Origin: a virus
Lineage: Duplodnaviria; Heunggongvirae; Uroviricota; Caudoviricetes
IMG/VR virus record: IMGVR_UViG_3300042554_002438
Direction: 5' to 3' (one strand)
DNA: 64,000 bases
The translations under genes and the position numbers were made by a program. The notes beneath the pieces are model-generated. The model had not been told where the DNA came from, did not search any database, and saw only the letters and a list, made by a program, of their open reading frames with translations. Of the stretch, positions 29,911-38,521 are shown in pieces; within the stretch, counting starts at the first letter, position 1, and every line of letters starts with the position of its first letter.

Positions 29911-30702
29911 TTATAATGATAAATCGTTTAATGAATAAATTCTTTTATAGCCAACATTATATCTTCGGTTATGTTCGCAATCCATAAGAAATGTGCATAT
30001 ACCAGCGTTGTTCAATTCAACAAAATTTTCATATCTATCATCAACAAACCAATCGATACCAGATTTTTTTGCTACCTCAACTTTTGATTGGTCAAACCCG
30101 ATACTATAAACTGGAACCGCTGGGAAATTCCACTTTTTTAACCACTCTTCAGTCCATTCCCTGGGAATTGATCTTGATGTGATATAACAATGTGGCTCAA
30201 ATGGTAGGTCTTTTGGGGTCACTTTGGGCTCAATGTTGAGCCAGAAATCCTTATCATCTCGCATTAATTCGAATTTTTCCTTAATATTTCTATCAAAATT
30301 CCAAAATAACACTGGTTCAATGATACCATGTCTTTTTGTCCAAGCGCCTAACCAATCAGCTAAAACTTCATCAATATCCAACCCTATCTTTGGTGGGTTA
30401 AGGTACCGATGTCGTCTATCATCACCTTGTGGGTGTATCTTATAGAACTCGGTTAAAAAAGCTGCGTTTGTTAATACATGTGAAATATGTAACAATCCAC
30501 TTTCAGGATCATGGTCTTCACCGTTCTTAAAAGCATTCAAGTGCCTCTCAAGTGATGCTATTACCTCAGACCATTGTAGGCCGTTCTCCCAATCCCTTTC
30601 GCCGTATATCTCAGCACCCTTCATAAGTGCTGTCGCTAACTGGTTATACGCAAATGGGGGAACCAGGTCATAGCGAGGTTTATCTTTTTTTTCTCTATTC
30701 AT
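29911..30702 (-). CDS. fusion: dNTP pyrophosphohydrolase-like N-domain and 5'(3')-deoxyribonucleotidase (NT5C-like HAD) C-domain
   Basis: N-terminal DKPRYDLVPPFAYNQLATALMKGAEIYGERDWENG (phage dATP/dGTP diphosphohydrolase-type motif); C-terminal KIGLDIDEVLADW (DxDxV HAD motif I of NT5C). Confidence 0.5.
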   Translation of the reverse strand: MNREKKDKPRYDLVPPFAYNQLATALMKGAEIYGERDWENGLQWSEVIASLERHLNAFKNGEDHDPESGLLHISHVLTNAAFLTEFYKIHPQGDDRRHRYLNPPKIGLDIDEVLADWLGAWTKRHGIIEPVLFWNFDRNIKEKFELMRDDKDFWLNIEPKVTPKDLPFEPHCYITSRSIPREWTEEWLKKWNFPAVPVYSIGFDQSKVEVAKKSGIDWFVDDRYENFVELNNAGICTFLMDCEHNRRYNVGYKRIYSLNDLSL

Positions 30703-30704
30703 AG

Positions 30705-31286
30705 TTATTGATTAATGTTGAAGGCTCGATCATATGCCCCATCTAGTATAATCTTTTTATGGAGTTTCATTGTTATTTCAGCATCATATAAAGCATTATG
30801 TTGACCACCATTCTTATCCAAGCCAAGTATTAGGTGCCTATTTTTTTTAGGATCGTGATACCAAATCTTTAAAACTGTTGCCATATCATATGGTTGATAT
30901 CCGTTAAAATTATTTGGTAATTTTCTGGACGGTTCTCCCATAAAATATAAATCCATGAATAAAACCCAATCAAAAGCTAAAGTATCACCCCAAAACTCAA
31001 TATCCTTAAATTGTTTTAACCAAGTAACTAAAGCATCTGATATTGTTTGTTTATCTTGTTTTATGGTGAAGGATTTATTCTCCTCGTCATTTTCAAAAAA
31101 ATGAACGTATTCGGAATATGTGAGCTTGGGTATAACATTATCTTTAATCCATTGGTCACATTGTGATTCATCGTAGTCATTAAATTCAGCGTAAAATTTA
31201 TGACCATTTTCTGTTATCATCCCTAAAGAAATGGGTGTGGTTGCTTTATGCAAACCAGTAAATTCAAAATCAAAAAATATTCTCAT
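30705..31286 (-). CDS. DEDDh 3'-5' exonuclease
   Basis: FFDFEFTGL Exo I motif and HNALYDAEIT Exo III motif. Confidence 0.65.
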   Translation of the reverse strand: MRIFFDFEFTGLHKATTPISLGMITENGHKFYAEFNDYDESQCDQWIKDNVIPKLTYSEYVHFFENDEENKSFTIKQDKQTISDALVTWLKQFKDIEFWGDTLAFDWVLFMDLYFMGEPSRKLPNNFNGYQPYDMATVLKIWYHDPKKNRHLILGLDKNGGQHNALYDAEITMKLHKKIILDGAYDRAFNINQ

Positions 31287-31310
31287 GGTACAAATATAGG
31301 TTATTTATTT

Positions 31311-31727
31311 TTATTTAGCAACTTTATTTAATTTTAATACAAATTCAGTTAAATCAGTCGTATTGTAATTAGCCATTTTCTCATCAATCGAACCATTAAT
31401 AGAATCTTTAATTAAATTGTAATTTTCTTCTTTTAAAAATTTCAAAGACTCATCATCAGACCATATTTTATCGCCCCAGGGATGTATAAAAAATTGTTTC
31501 AAAGTCATATTGATTGTTGGTACTGGTTGTTTATGACCAGCAACAATTTCAGGTATTCCTATTTCTTCGGTTAAGTAAAAAAATAGAATCGCTTTACGCT
31601 CACTAAGAATGGTGATTAATTCTTCCATCTTTGGAAGAGCTAAACGATCGTGTATATTGCGATGATGATTAATCGTTCTATGTAAATCGTTTAGCTTTTC
31701 TACAACCTGTTCGTTTGTATAAAACAT
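31311..31727 (-). CDS. hypothetical protein
   Basis: 138 aa ORF. Confidence 0.45.
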   Translation of the reverse strand: MFYTNEQVVEKLNDLHRTINHHRNIHDRLALPKMEELITILSERKAILFFYLTEEIGIPEIVAGHKQPVPTINMTLKQFFIHPWGDKIWSDDESLKFLKEENYNLIKDSINGSIDEKMANYNTTDLTEFVLKLNKVAK

Positions 31728-31728
31728 G

Positions 31729-32172
31729 TTAATCGATTATAGTTTCAATTGTATGGGGCACTACCCATCTAGCGCAGTCTTGGGGTAAGCGATGGATATG
31801 TTTATAGTTATTTATATAACCCATCATGTTTGCTGAACCGACAGCATTAGCTGAATGAACCATTACCTTACAAACAGGCGCACCATTCAACCACTGTTCA
31901 ACTAACCATTTAGTGCAGTCCATACCAGTTTTTTCGGTGATGTTATCATAGTTCAATTGATAATTGTGATAAACATTTGTGTGCCATTCTTTCATCGCAC
32001 TATCACCAAGATCATGATCAAGTGATATTAAATCAATATTCTCTAAACCAATTTCGGTTATTTTGGAAACAAACTCATCGTAGTCTCTGACAACAGTCCA
32101 CTCGATTGTCATGTGTGTTGACGGGTTAGGTAAAGGCGTCCTAAGATCGTCTAAGTATATATTATATCTCAT
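31729..32172 (-). CDS. hypothetical protein
   Basis: 147 aa ORF. Confidence 0.45.
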   Translation of the reverse strand: MRYNIYLDDLRTPLPNPSTHMTIEWTVVRDYDEFVSKITEIGLENIDLISLDHDLGDSAMKEWHTNVYHNYQLNYDNITEKTGMDCTKWLVEQWLNGAPVCKVMVHSANAVGSANMMGYINNYKHIHRLPQDCARWVVPHTIETIID

Positions 32173-32567
32173 AATTTTATCTCAAATCTATTTTTCATTA
32201 TTTCTAATTTATCTTCTGGTACACCGTGTATGTTTTTACCACCATGCCTATTTTCTACGATTAAAGATGTTACTTTGTAATCGTAGTATTTAGCTTTTTC
32301 GTAGTAGAAATCCATTTCCCATTCTTGGGTAAATGTGTTAGATACTATGATTATCGATGTATCGTTAGCCATAGCTTTTTCCGTTTGGATCATACACCAG
32401 TTGTGTGCCATTTTAATATCGGCTGGGTTAAACTTGTATTCTCCGTCCTTCATGAAATACATGTCAGCTTCAAAGTGAGCATATCCAGCACCCTTTGCAC
32501 CGATTAAATCAGCGACTGTTGACTTACCACTTCCAGGCAATCCGCGTAATAATATTAAATCTTTCAT
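32169..32567 (-). CDS. polynucleotide 5'-kinase (T4 Pnk kinase-domain-like P-loop kinase)
   Basis: GLPGSGKST Walker A; HFEADMYF and IIIVSNTF...NRHGGKNIHGVPEDKLEIM collinear with the T4 Pnkp N-domain (GCPGSGKST...NRDDYR...ISDTN...RNSKRGTKAVPIDVL). Confidence 0.55.
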   Translation of the reverse strand: MKDLILLRGLPGSGKSTVADLIGAKGAGYAHFEADMYFMKDGEYKFNPADIKMAHNWCMIQTEKAMANDTSIIIVSNTFTQEWEMDFYYEKAKYYDYKVTSLIVENRHGGKNIHGVPEDKLEIMKNRFEIKL

Positions 32568-33025
32568 TTTTTTACTTCTTTTGTTTTTATTTCTCTTAAA
32601 TCTTCTGTTGGTACAATTGTTAAAACATCATACCTACCTCGTCTGCGATACATTTTATACGGTTCGGGTTCATCTGTAACAACCATCATTAATTTATCCT
32701 CAACCATCTTAATTAAATTGTCTCGTTTAACAACCAACCAAGAATCATCAGTTTCGAATGAAATGTAATCAGCCATACCATATAACCAACCAGGTTTACC
32801 GTGAACATTTTCGATCTCAACCCAATGTATAGCTGGGTCAACACTTGCATCCGAACGGCTAATTTTTTTCAAACCCTTTATATCAAACTTAATATTATCT
32901 ATTTGAACATCCCAATGTTCATTAATATCTTGTTCGGTTGTTGGGTAAACAAGTTCGTGACCAGGTTTACTAACCAAATCAACAAACTCTTTTTCTTTTA
33001 ATTTACCATCAGACAAAAACCCCAT
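32564..33025 (-). CDS. hypothetical protein
   Basis: 153 aa ORF. Confidence 0.45.
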   Translation of the reverse strand: MGFLSDGKLKEKEFVDLVSKPGHELVYPTTEQDINEHWDVQIDNIKFDIKGLKKISRSDASVDPAIHWVEIENVHGKPGWLYGMADYISFETDDSWLVVKRDNLIKMVEDKLMMVVTDEPEPYKMYRRRGRYDVLTIVPTEDLREIKTKEVKK

Positions 33026-33504
33026 TACGCCAATCTAAACTGATTTATAAATGTTCTAATTTTATAGTTAGTTTCACCACCAATAGCTTCAATAAACAAA
33101 TCAATCTCTTCGTTAGTTGCGAATGGTTGCGGTTCTGGGTATTTTGTTTTATTAAAGATTCGTTCATCGATAATAAAAACAATCGCCGTTAACTGGTCAC
33201 CCAAATCTGGTTCATAAAATGCCGCATGTGGAATACCCAGGTCTAATAAAGCCATCAAGTGTCTATTCATAGAACCAAACGGTAGGCCATCGTCAGTACT
33301 CATATTGGTATTTGTTGTACCACCATTCAGAATAATGAATGTCTTCCAATTATCAGCCCAATCTTTATAGATAGCTTCCATGTTTTTCACACCATCACAA
33401 TTTCTACTATACTCAACAACAGCGTGTCCAAATTGGATGCCTTGTTGAATTGGTGATATATTATACGGAACCAACCCGTACATTCTAAGTTCTAATCTTT
33501 CCAT
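33025..33504 (-). CDS. hypothetical protein (weak PTH2-like GxIxxQxxHA pattern)
   Basis: IQQGIQFGHAVV loosely resembles the peptidyl-tRNA hydrolase 2 motif; not confirmed. Confidence 0.35.
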   Translation of the reverse strand: MERLELRMYGLVPYNISPIQQGIQFGHAVVEYSRNCDGVKNMEAIYKDWADNWKTFIILNGGTTNTNMSTDDGLPFGSMNRHLMALLDLGIPHAAFYEPDLGDQLTAIVFIIDERIFNKTKYPEPQPFATNEEIDLFIEAIGGETNYKIRTFINQFRLA

Positions 33505-33809
33505 TAAAAATCTAATTCAAGTTGTTTAAGTTCGGTATCAATTTCATTTAACACCAATTTATTGTATGATTTGGTTACATCGCGATCATTCAAATCAATA
33601 ATAGTTGGCCCATCCTTTGATTTACCATGTGCCGCAGAAATCAATTCATTATTCTTGTAAACGAAAACAATAGGTTGATACATCTCAAAATATTTTTGAG
33701 ATTGCTCTGGTTGAGCTGGGTTACAAATATCCCAAAGGACTTTGGCGTTAGCTAATCTAACTAATTCAATCGCGTGAGCAGCATTTTTCGGTTTTCTGTA
33801 TGTGTACAT
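33504..33809 (-). CDS. hypothetical protein
   Basis: the ORF-track start at 33851 is a TTG lying inside the promoter-like motif, so the internal ATG (MYTYRK) is preferred. Confidence 0.4.
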   Translation of the reverse strand: MYTYRKPKNAAHAIELVRLANAKVLWDICNPAQPEQSQKYFEMYQPIVFVYKNNELISAAHGKSKDGPTIIDLNDRDVTKSYNKLVLNEIDTELKQLELDF

Positions 33810-33816
33810 AATTTTT

Positions 33817-33858
33817 TTTACAAAGATAAGAATAAAATTTTTAATATGCAAATTTATG
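33817..33858 (-). promoter_or_regulatory. promoter-like motif copy
   Basis: tacaaagataagaataaaatttttaatatgcaaattt. Confidence 0.4.
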
Positions 33859-34369
33859 AAAAAGTTAAAATTATATCCTTAACGGTATCATCGTTTGTGT
33901 GTGTCCTGGCCGTTAATAACTTATACTTCTCAAAAAATGGGTCGTACTCTGATGAAAAATATTGATATTTATTCAACTCGTCTATATTTTTCGCAAAATA
34001 TTCATTGACCATAATTCTTTCACTTGATGTGGTCTGCATAAGCATTATGTAAACCAAGAAACCATCATCAGTTGTTAAAAAAACAACGTTATTTTTAAAA
34101 TTGATTGATATGAAATTTAAAAAATCGTCATTAATCATACCCGAATATTTGAATGGGCATAATTTATACAGAACACCCATCTGGCCAATCAATATCGGTT
34201 GTATTTCTTGATTAAAAGAATTGGTGATAAATATATTATCACCATTTTCTTCAAGGATTTTTGCAAAAAAAATATCCTTGAACACATTCTTATTTAAGTC
34301 AATATAATACTTTATGATTTTGTTAAAAGCCTCATCAAAAAATTTTGGATCTTTCATTTTAACCATCAA
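33854..34369 (-). CDS. hypothetical protein
   Basis: 171 aa ORF. Confidence 0.45.
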   Translation of the reverse strand: MMVKMKDPKFFDEAFNKIIKYYIDLNKNVFKDIFFAKILEENGDNIFITNSFNQEIQPILIGQMGVLYKLCPFKYSGMINDDFLNFISINFKNNVVFLTTDDGFLVYIMLMQTTSSERIMVNEYFAKNIDELNKYQYFSSEYDPFFEKYKLLTARTHTNDDTVKDIILTFS

Positions 34370-35460
34370 CTTATCGCATATATTCTTTTTCTAAAACGAA
34401 TTAACAAGTCGTCAACAAATTTTCTATCAACAGAATTAGGTAGATCTGATTTTGCGTAAAGGTCATCCAAAAGTGTGATTTTTGATTCCGCTTCGGCAAG
34501 AAGATCCTCATATTCAGCATCACCATTTCTTATTTTAAGTAATTCCTCAGCATCTGGTCTTTTGACGATCACTTGTTTAAGTTCGGCAATCTCGGTTGCC
34601 ATACGTATCAACCTAATACAGTGCATCATATTTTTTGAATCATAACCCTTACCATGTTCTTGGTTTGTGTTATATCGATCGTCATTACGCTTTTCAACCC
34701 AATCCCAGTATTCCTTATAATCTTTACAGTAAGAAGTATAACCATCCTTGTTATAGATAATTGTCGCAACTGGCTTTTCGCCAAATGGAATGGAACTTAA
34801 TCTAACCTCATTCGATGTGTCATCATCATTGACGATGCCACGATAACCGAGCCTAGAATTTTCTTTACTGGCGTAATGATCATAAAACATGGCGTATACA
34901 TCTCTGGCATGTGGTACATTAACCAAACCACATTTGTTCTGTACATAACCACTATTGTCCAAAAATGCTTTGAGTGGGATCGATTTATAACCATCGACAA
35001 CATAGCAAAAATCCAATATAGATTTGCGCTCTTTGTCAACTGGGTTTACAATTTTTTTGTTTAACCCGCGAGCTTTTTTAATTTGTGCGACAGCGTACCC
35101 ACCAAATGAATCGCGGCAAACTTTACTGATGAACTTATCCTTATGTTGTAGAATCATATCAAACATTGGGTGTTTGTAAAGTATATTCTCTTCGGGCATA
35201 TTGAATAACTCAATTATGTTTGGGTTTTGCGATTGTAATAATTGCAAGAACCTACCAATCTCATAGTAGACAGCATCATTTGTGGCATCCGAAACTTGTT
35301 CAATATAGTCATATCCCAGTACGTTATCAAGCGGTAAGTAGTAAACTCCACGATAATCGGTATCGGATGTTGGTTTGTGTGTACCATACGCCCTTGATCC
35401 AGATATTGTTTCAAACAATAAAAGTCCATTCGTTCTTAAATAATCTATCGTTAATCGCAT
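34366..35460 (-). CDS. Pol-beta-superfamily nucleotidyltransferase (RlaP-like; RNA-repair associated)
   Basis: GSRAYGTHKPTSDTDYRGV = GS...[DE]x[DE] nucleotidyltransferase motif with a helical C-terminal domain. Confidence 0.5.
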   Translation of the reverse strand: MRLTIDYLRTNGLLLFETISGSRAYGTHKPTSDTDYRGVYYLPLDNVLGYDYIEQVSDATNDAVYYEIGRFLQLLQSQNPNIIELFNMPEENILYKHPMFDMILQHKDKFISKVCRDSFGGYAVAQIKKARGLNKKIVNPVDKERKSILDFCYVVDGYKSIPLKAFLDNSGYVQNKCGLVNVPHARDVYAMFYDHYASKENSRLGYRGIVNDDDTSNEVRLSSIPFGEKPVATIIYNKDGYTSYCKDYKEYWDWVEKRNDDRYNTNQEHGKGYDSKNMMHCIRLIRMATEIAELKQVIVKRPDAEELLKIRNGDAEYEDLLAEAESKITLLDDLYAKSDLPNSVDRKFVDDLLIRFRKRIYAIS

Positions 35461-35936
35461 ATCATTTCTAATTTAAACCATTCGGGTATTTCTCTTTTTG
35501 TCCACTTAGCGAAATCGGCTTTAGCACCTATGTAATAATTTCGGTACGATTGAACCACCGAATAACCAACTTTATATTCGTCAGGCATAGCCATCGGTGG
35601 TGTTGTTGCACCAACATCCCTGGGTAACATTGGTACGTTCTTAGCGCACCATTCAATGATCGCTTCAGATTTATGTACCTTACCGTATCGGTATGTATAT
35701 TCTTCACACAACGCTAAACCAATTTCACAAAGATACTCATAATTCTCATCACTTTCTCTGACCCATTTTGCGCAGGGGTGGTTTTTGTGGCTAAGTTTGT
35801 ATGGCGCTTCTGAACCAACCATCCAGCAAGCTCCACATAATAATTGTGCTGTTTCAAGAATCATCTTCACAACATGCTTATCACAATGATATTCAGCAAT
35901 TTTACGTGGGTTAGTGTCTAAAAAGAATATATTCAT
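35451..35936 (-). CDS. hypothetical protein
   Basis: 161 aa; N-terminus loosely resembles Pdg/endoV-type glycosylases but is unconvincing. Confidence 0.4.
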   Translation of the reverse strand: MNIFFLDTNPRKIAEYHCDKHVVKMILETAQLLCGACWMVGSEAPYKLSHKNHPCAKWVRESDENYEYLCEIGLALCEEYTYRYGKVHKSEAIIEWCAKNVPMLPRDVGATTPPMAMPDEYKVGYSVVQSYRNYYIGAKADFAKWTKREIPEWFKLEMICD

Positions 35937-35948
35937 ACCTTATTTTTC

Positions 35949-35989
35949 AACAAAGATACGCAAATATTTTTAATTCGCAAATTTTTTTG
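35949..35989 (-). promoter_or_regulatory. promoter-like motif copy
   Basis: caacaaagatacgcaaatatttttaattcgcaaattttttt, 12 nt upstream of the ATG at 35936. Confidence 0.45.
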
Positions 35990-36100
35990 TAAAATTAGGG
36001 TATTTATGATTAAAAAGCGGTGACAGTTTGTCAGTAAGCATAAAATTAAATCTAACACATATGGACAGTGAGAGTTATAGGAGTGAAAAAAAGAGTGACA

Positions 36101-36313
36101 ATGGAGACCGTTGTGTTGATGCTGGCGACATTTTTCAACCCACTTGGGTTCGATGCCCTATTCGCGTATGTAATGAAATTGACAGGTTCTTACTGGATTA
36201 CGGATTTAATTTTTTACCTTATATCAGTTTCGTTATTTATATTATACTTTTTCTTAAAGAAACGTTCTGATCATTCTTCTTCGTCAGTTTCGAAAAATCC
36301 ATCTTTATCGTAG
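36101..36313 (+). CDS. possible small two-TM membrane protein (plus strand)
   Basis: ATG preceded by a GAGTGA Shine-Dalgarno-like sequence; METVVLMLATFFNPLGF...ISVSLFILYFFLKK; lies in a minus-strand intergenic gap but overlaps the next minus gene by 43 nt. Confidence 0.25.
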   Translation: METVVLMLATFFNPLGFDALFAYVMKLTGSYWITDLIFYLISVSLFILYFFLKKRSDHSSSSVSKNPSLS

Positions 36314-36636
36314 TCGTATTCAACACAAGGGTATGGCCTACCTCGTTCATCTAAGTATTGCCAAACACCGTCATCCTTTGTAATTTTTCCCATATATTCA
36401 TCCCCTGGATGTTCAACCCATCTCCAATCTTTATTCTCAATACCTTCAGGTAACTCTGGATTATCTATTGGTGGATCATATGCATTTACATTCGTGTGAT
36501 GCCAATTACATGAGCATCCAATATCATCTGAGGAAGATATACAATCATCACAAAAATAAGGGTTTGCACCACCAGAAAAACCTGGCATATAAACATATAC
36601 GGCCATTTTACCGCAATCACATTTAGCTTTACTCAT
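36271..36636 (-). CDS. Cys-rich hypothetical protein
   Basis: CDCGKM...CDDC...CSCNWHH. Confidence 0.45.
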   Translation of the reverse strand: MSKAKCDCGKMAVYVYMPGFSGGANPYFCDDCISSSDDIGCSCNWHHTNVNAYDPPIDNPELPEGIENKDWRWVEHPGDEYMGKITKDDGVWQYLDERGRPYPCVEYDYDKDGFFETDEEE

Positions 36637-37025
36637 AAATGTATCAAAACTTTTGATTGGTGAAATAAAGGTACAAATGCAACGTTTGTTAATGGATCAA
36701 AATCCTCAATTAATTCTGTATTAATATCATCAATTTCAATCCTACAAACACCATCATTTGATTTGATTGTCTCTAAGTGATGTTTATTAAGTAGAGTGAG
36801 TCTGAATAAACCATTTTCATCCGCACCTTCATTTACCCAACCAATGTTTTTAGGTTCCACCAATACAGGTTTAGCCCATTGAATTTGTTCACCTAATAGC
36901 TCATCAAAATTAGCAACAACTAAATTATCATTGATACAAAAAACAAATAATTGATTATTAGAATCCTCTGATAATATATAATTCTCATCGTTAATCGTAA
37001 CTAATTGTACTTCTTTTAATTTCAT
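36633..37025 (-). CDS. hypothetical protein
   Basis: 130 aa ORF. Confidence 0.45.
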   Translation of the reverse strand: MKLKEVQLVTINDENYILSEDSNNQLFVFCINDNLVVANFDELLGEQIQWAKPVLVEPKNIGWVNEGADENGLFRLTLLNKHHLETIKSNDGVCRIEIDDINTELIEDFDPLTNVAFVPLFHQSKVLIHL

Positions 37026-37300
37026 TTACCGTATTCTTGCTTTAACATTTGTCTTACAAAGTGTTGTGTGGCTATCCTTTCAACATAACCACATAACAAA
37101 TCAATTTCTTCATCAGTTAATTTTGTATCACATAAAAAATTAGATAACTCCTCAATCACCTCATTACTGATGTTGAGTTGGCGTAACCTGCTTAGGTTTT
37201 TTACCTCTATATTTCTTTTTTGTCGTGTTAGTTTTTTTAGCAACGACTTCAGTTTTTGGTGAATCATTTGGTTCAGTTTTTTTATGTGTTTTATTAACAA
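37022..37300 (-). CDS. hypothetical protein (overlaps the next ORF in another frame)
   Basis: 92 aa ORF; 137-nt out-of-frame overlap with 37164..37616. Confidence 0.35.
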   Translation of the reverse strand: MLIKHIKKLNQMIHQKLKSLLKKLTRQKRNIEVKNLSRLRQLNISNEVIEELSNFLCDTKLTDEEIDLLCGYVERIATQHFVRQMLKQEYGK

Positions 37301-37616
37301 CTTTTTTTGGTACTGGGGTGAGAGTTACTTCCGTTGTTTGTGTTTTTGGTTTTTTCTTATAATACCTTTTTTTCTTTGGTTTTTCATCGGTAACCACAGG
37401 CCTATCATCAAAAACGTTCATTTTTAGTGTTATTTGATTTAAATCATCCGATTTAAACTCACCCCTTAATACATTCTCGAACTCATTTTTAATATCAACA
37501 CCGTGATATTTTTCCAATGTATCAACTGTTGATTGATTGATGTTTACTGTAACAGTTTTTTTAGGTTTCATACCTAAAATACGTCTAATAAAATTAGTTA
37601 TATTATTCATAATCAT
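37164..37616 (-). CDS. basic Lys-rich protein
   Basis: 150 aa; C-terminal KKKRYYKKKPK...KKKYRGKKPK low-complexity basic tail. Confidence 0.4.
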   Translation of the reverse strand: MIMNNITNFIRRILGMKPKKTVTVNINQSTVDTLEKYHGVDIKNEFENVLRGEFKSDDLNQITLKMNVFDDRPVVTDEKPKKKRYYKKKPKTQTTEVTLTPVPKKVVNKTHKKTEPNDSPKTEVVAKKTNTTKKKYRGKKPKQVTPTQHQ

Positions 37617-37658
37617 GTTTTTTTTGTAAATTTAAGAAAAAAAAATCAGAAAGTCAAG

Positions 37659-38108
37659 TCACTGAATGGTAAACATGGTGACCGATTGGTCTGGTTGATG
37701 CTTATCTAGTAAAACATCCAACCCACTTTCAATAAATTTAGACATTATTTTTTTTCTAACGAATATACCCAATTTCTTATGTGGGTAGAGATAAATCATC
37801 TTATTTGGTGTGAAGAATCTTTTATCTTGGCTAATATGTCCACAAAAAATTAATTTATTCTTATGTAAAGACAGTTCGTTAAAAAAATCATCATCCAATT
37901 TATGACATATGGTATTCTGTTCTTTGGTTTGTGATAAAAGTATATTAAAATTATAGTAATTTAGATATGTTGAGATACCGCCACTTTCAAAACCTTTTAA
38001 AAATACGATAGATAATTGTTTTATTGGTTGATGTTGATACAAATCTTCATTGAATAATAAATCATACAATTTCGGATCTATCTCAAAGTAATTTTTAGCA
38101 AGGATCAT
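37659..38108 (-). CDS. hypothetical protein
   Basis: 149 aa ORF. Confidence 0.45.
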   Translation of the reverse strand: MILAKNYFEIDPKLYDLLFNEDLYQHQPIKQLSIVFLKGFESGGISTYLNYYNFNILLSQTKEQNTICHKLDDDFFNELSLHKNKLIFCGHISQDKRFFTPNKMIYLYPHKKLGIFVRKKIMSKFIESGLDVLLDKHQPDQSVTMFTIQ

Positions 38109-38497
38109 TAAAATTTAAAATTGAACTTATTTTCGAAATCTTTCTTTGTGACTGTATTAATACTCGAAACAATTTCATTTGGGATAACCACAATTATACC
38201 GTATGAACGGGAGAATTTTTCACAATACCCCATATATTTGTTGGTAATTTTTCGCCCCTCGATTAAATCAAAATATACTTTACCATTGATAATAAACTCT
38301 GGTTTCATCAAAACCGTTTCGGTAATAAAAAACACCTCGTTATTTGGTTGTATCGTTAAACCATTGTCAACACACCACTGGTTTAATATGTGGTAATTAC
38401 CCATCTGGCCTCGTTTAACACCCGTAAAAACTTTAAGTTTTTCTGACATAGTGAATATTTTTTTTACAAATATAAATATAATCCAAAAAAATTCCAT
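38108..38497 (-). CDS. hypothetical protein
   Basis: 129 aa ORF. Confidence 0.45.
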   Translation of the reverse strand: MEFFWIIFIFVKKIFTMSEKLKVFTGVKRGQMGNYHILNQWCVDNGLTIQPNNEVFFITETVLMKPEFIINGKVYFDLIEGRKITNKYMGYCEKFSRSYGIIVVIPNEIVSSINTVTKKDFENKFNFKF

Positions 38498-38521
38498 ACC
38501 TTTGCGTGATATTTATGTAAA

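Noticed and set aside
33025-33504. Peptidyl-tRNA hydrolase (PTH2) assignment for the 159-aa ORF
   Set aside because: Only a short GxIxxQxxHA-like pattern matches; the rest does not align convincingly, so it is listed as hypothetical.
35451-35936. Pyrimidine-dimer DNA glycosylase (T4 endoV-like) assignment
   Set aside because: N-terminal similarity (LD...IAEYHCDKHVVK) is loose and the catalytic N-terminal Thr/Glu positions could not be aligned; not called.
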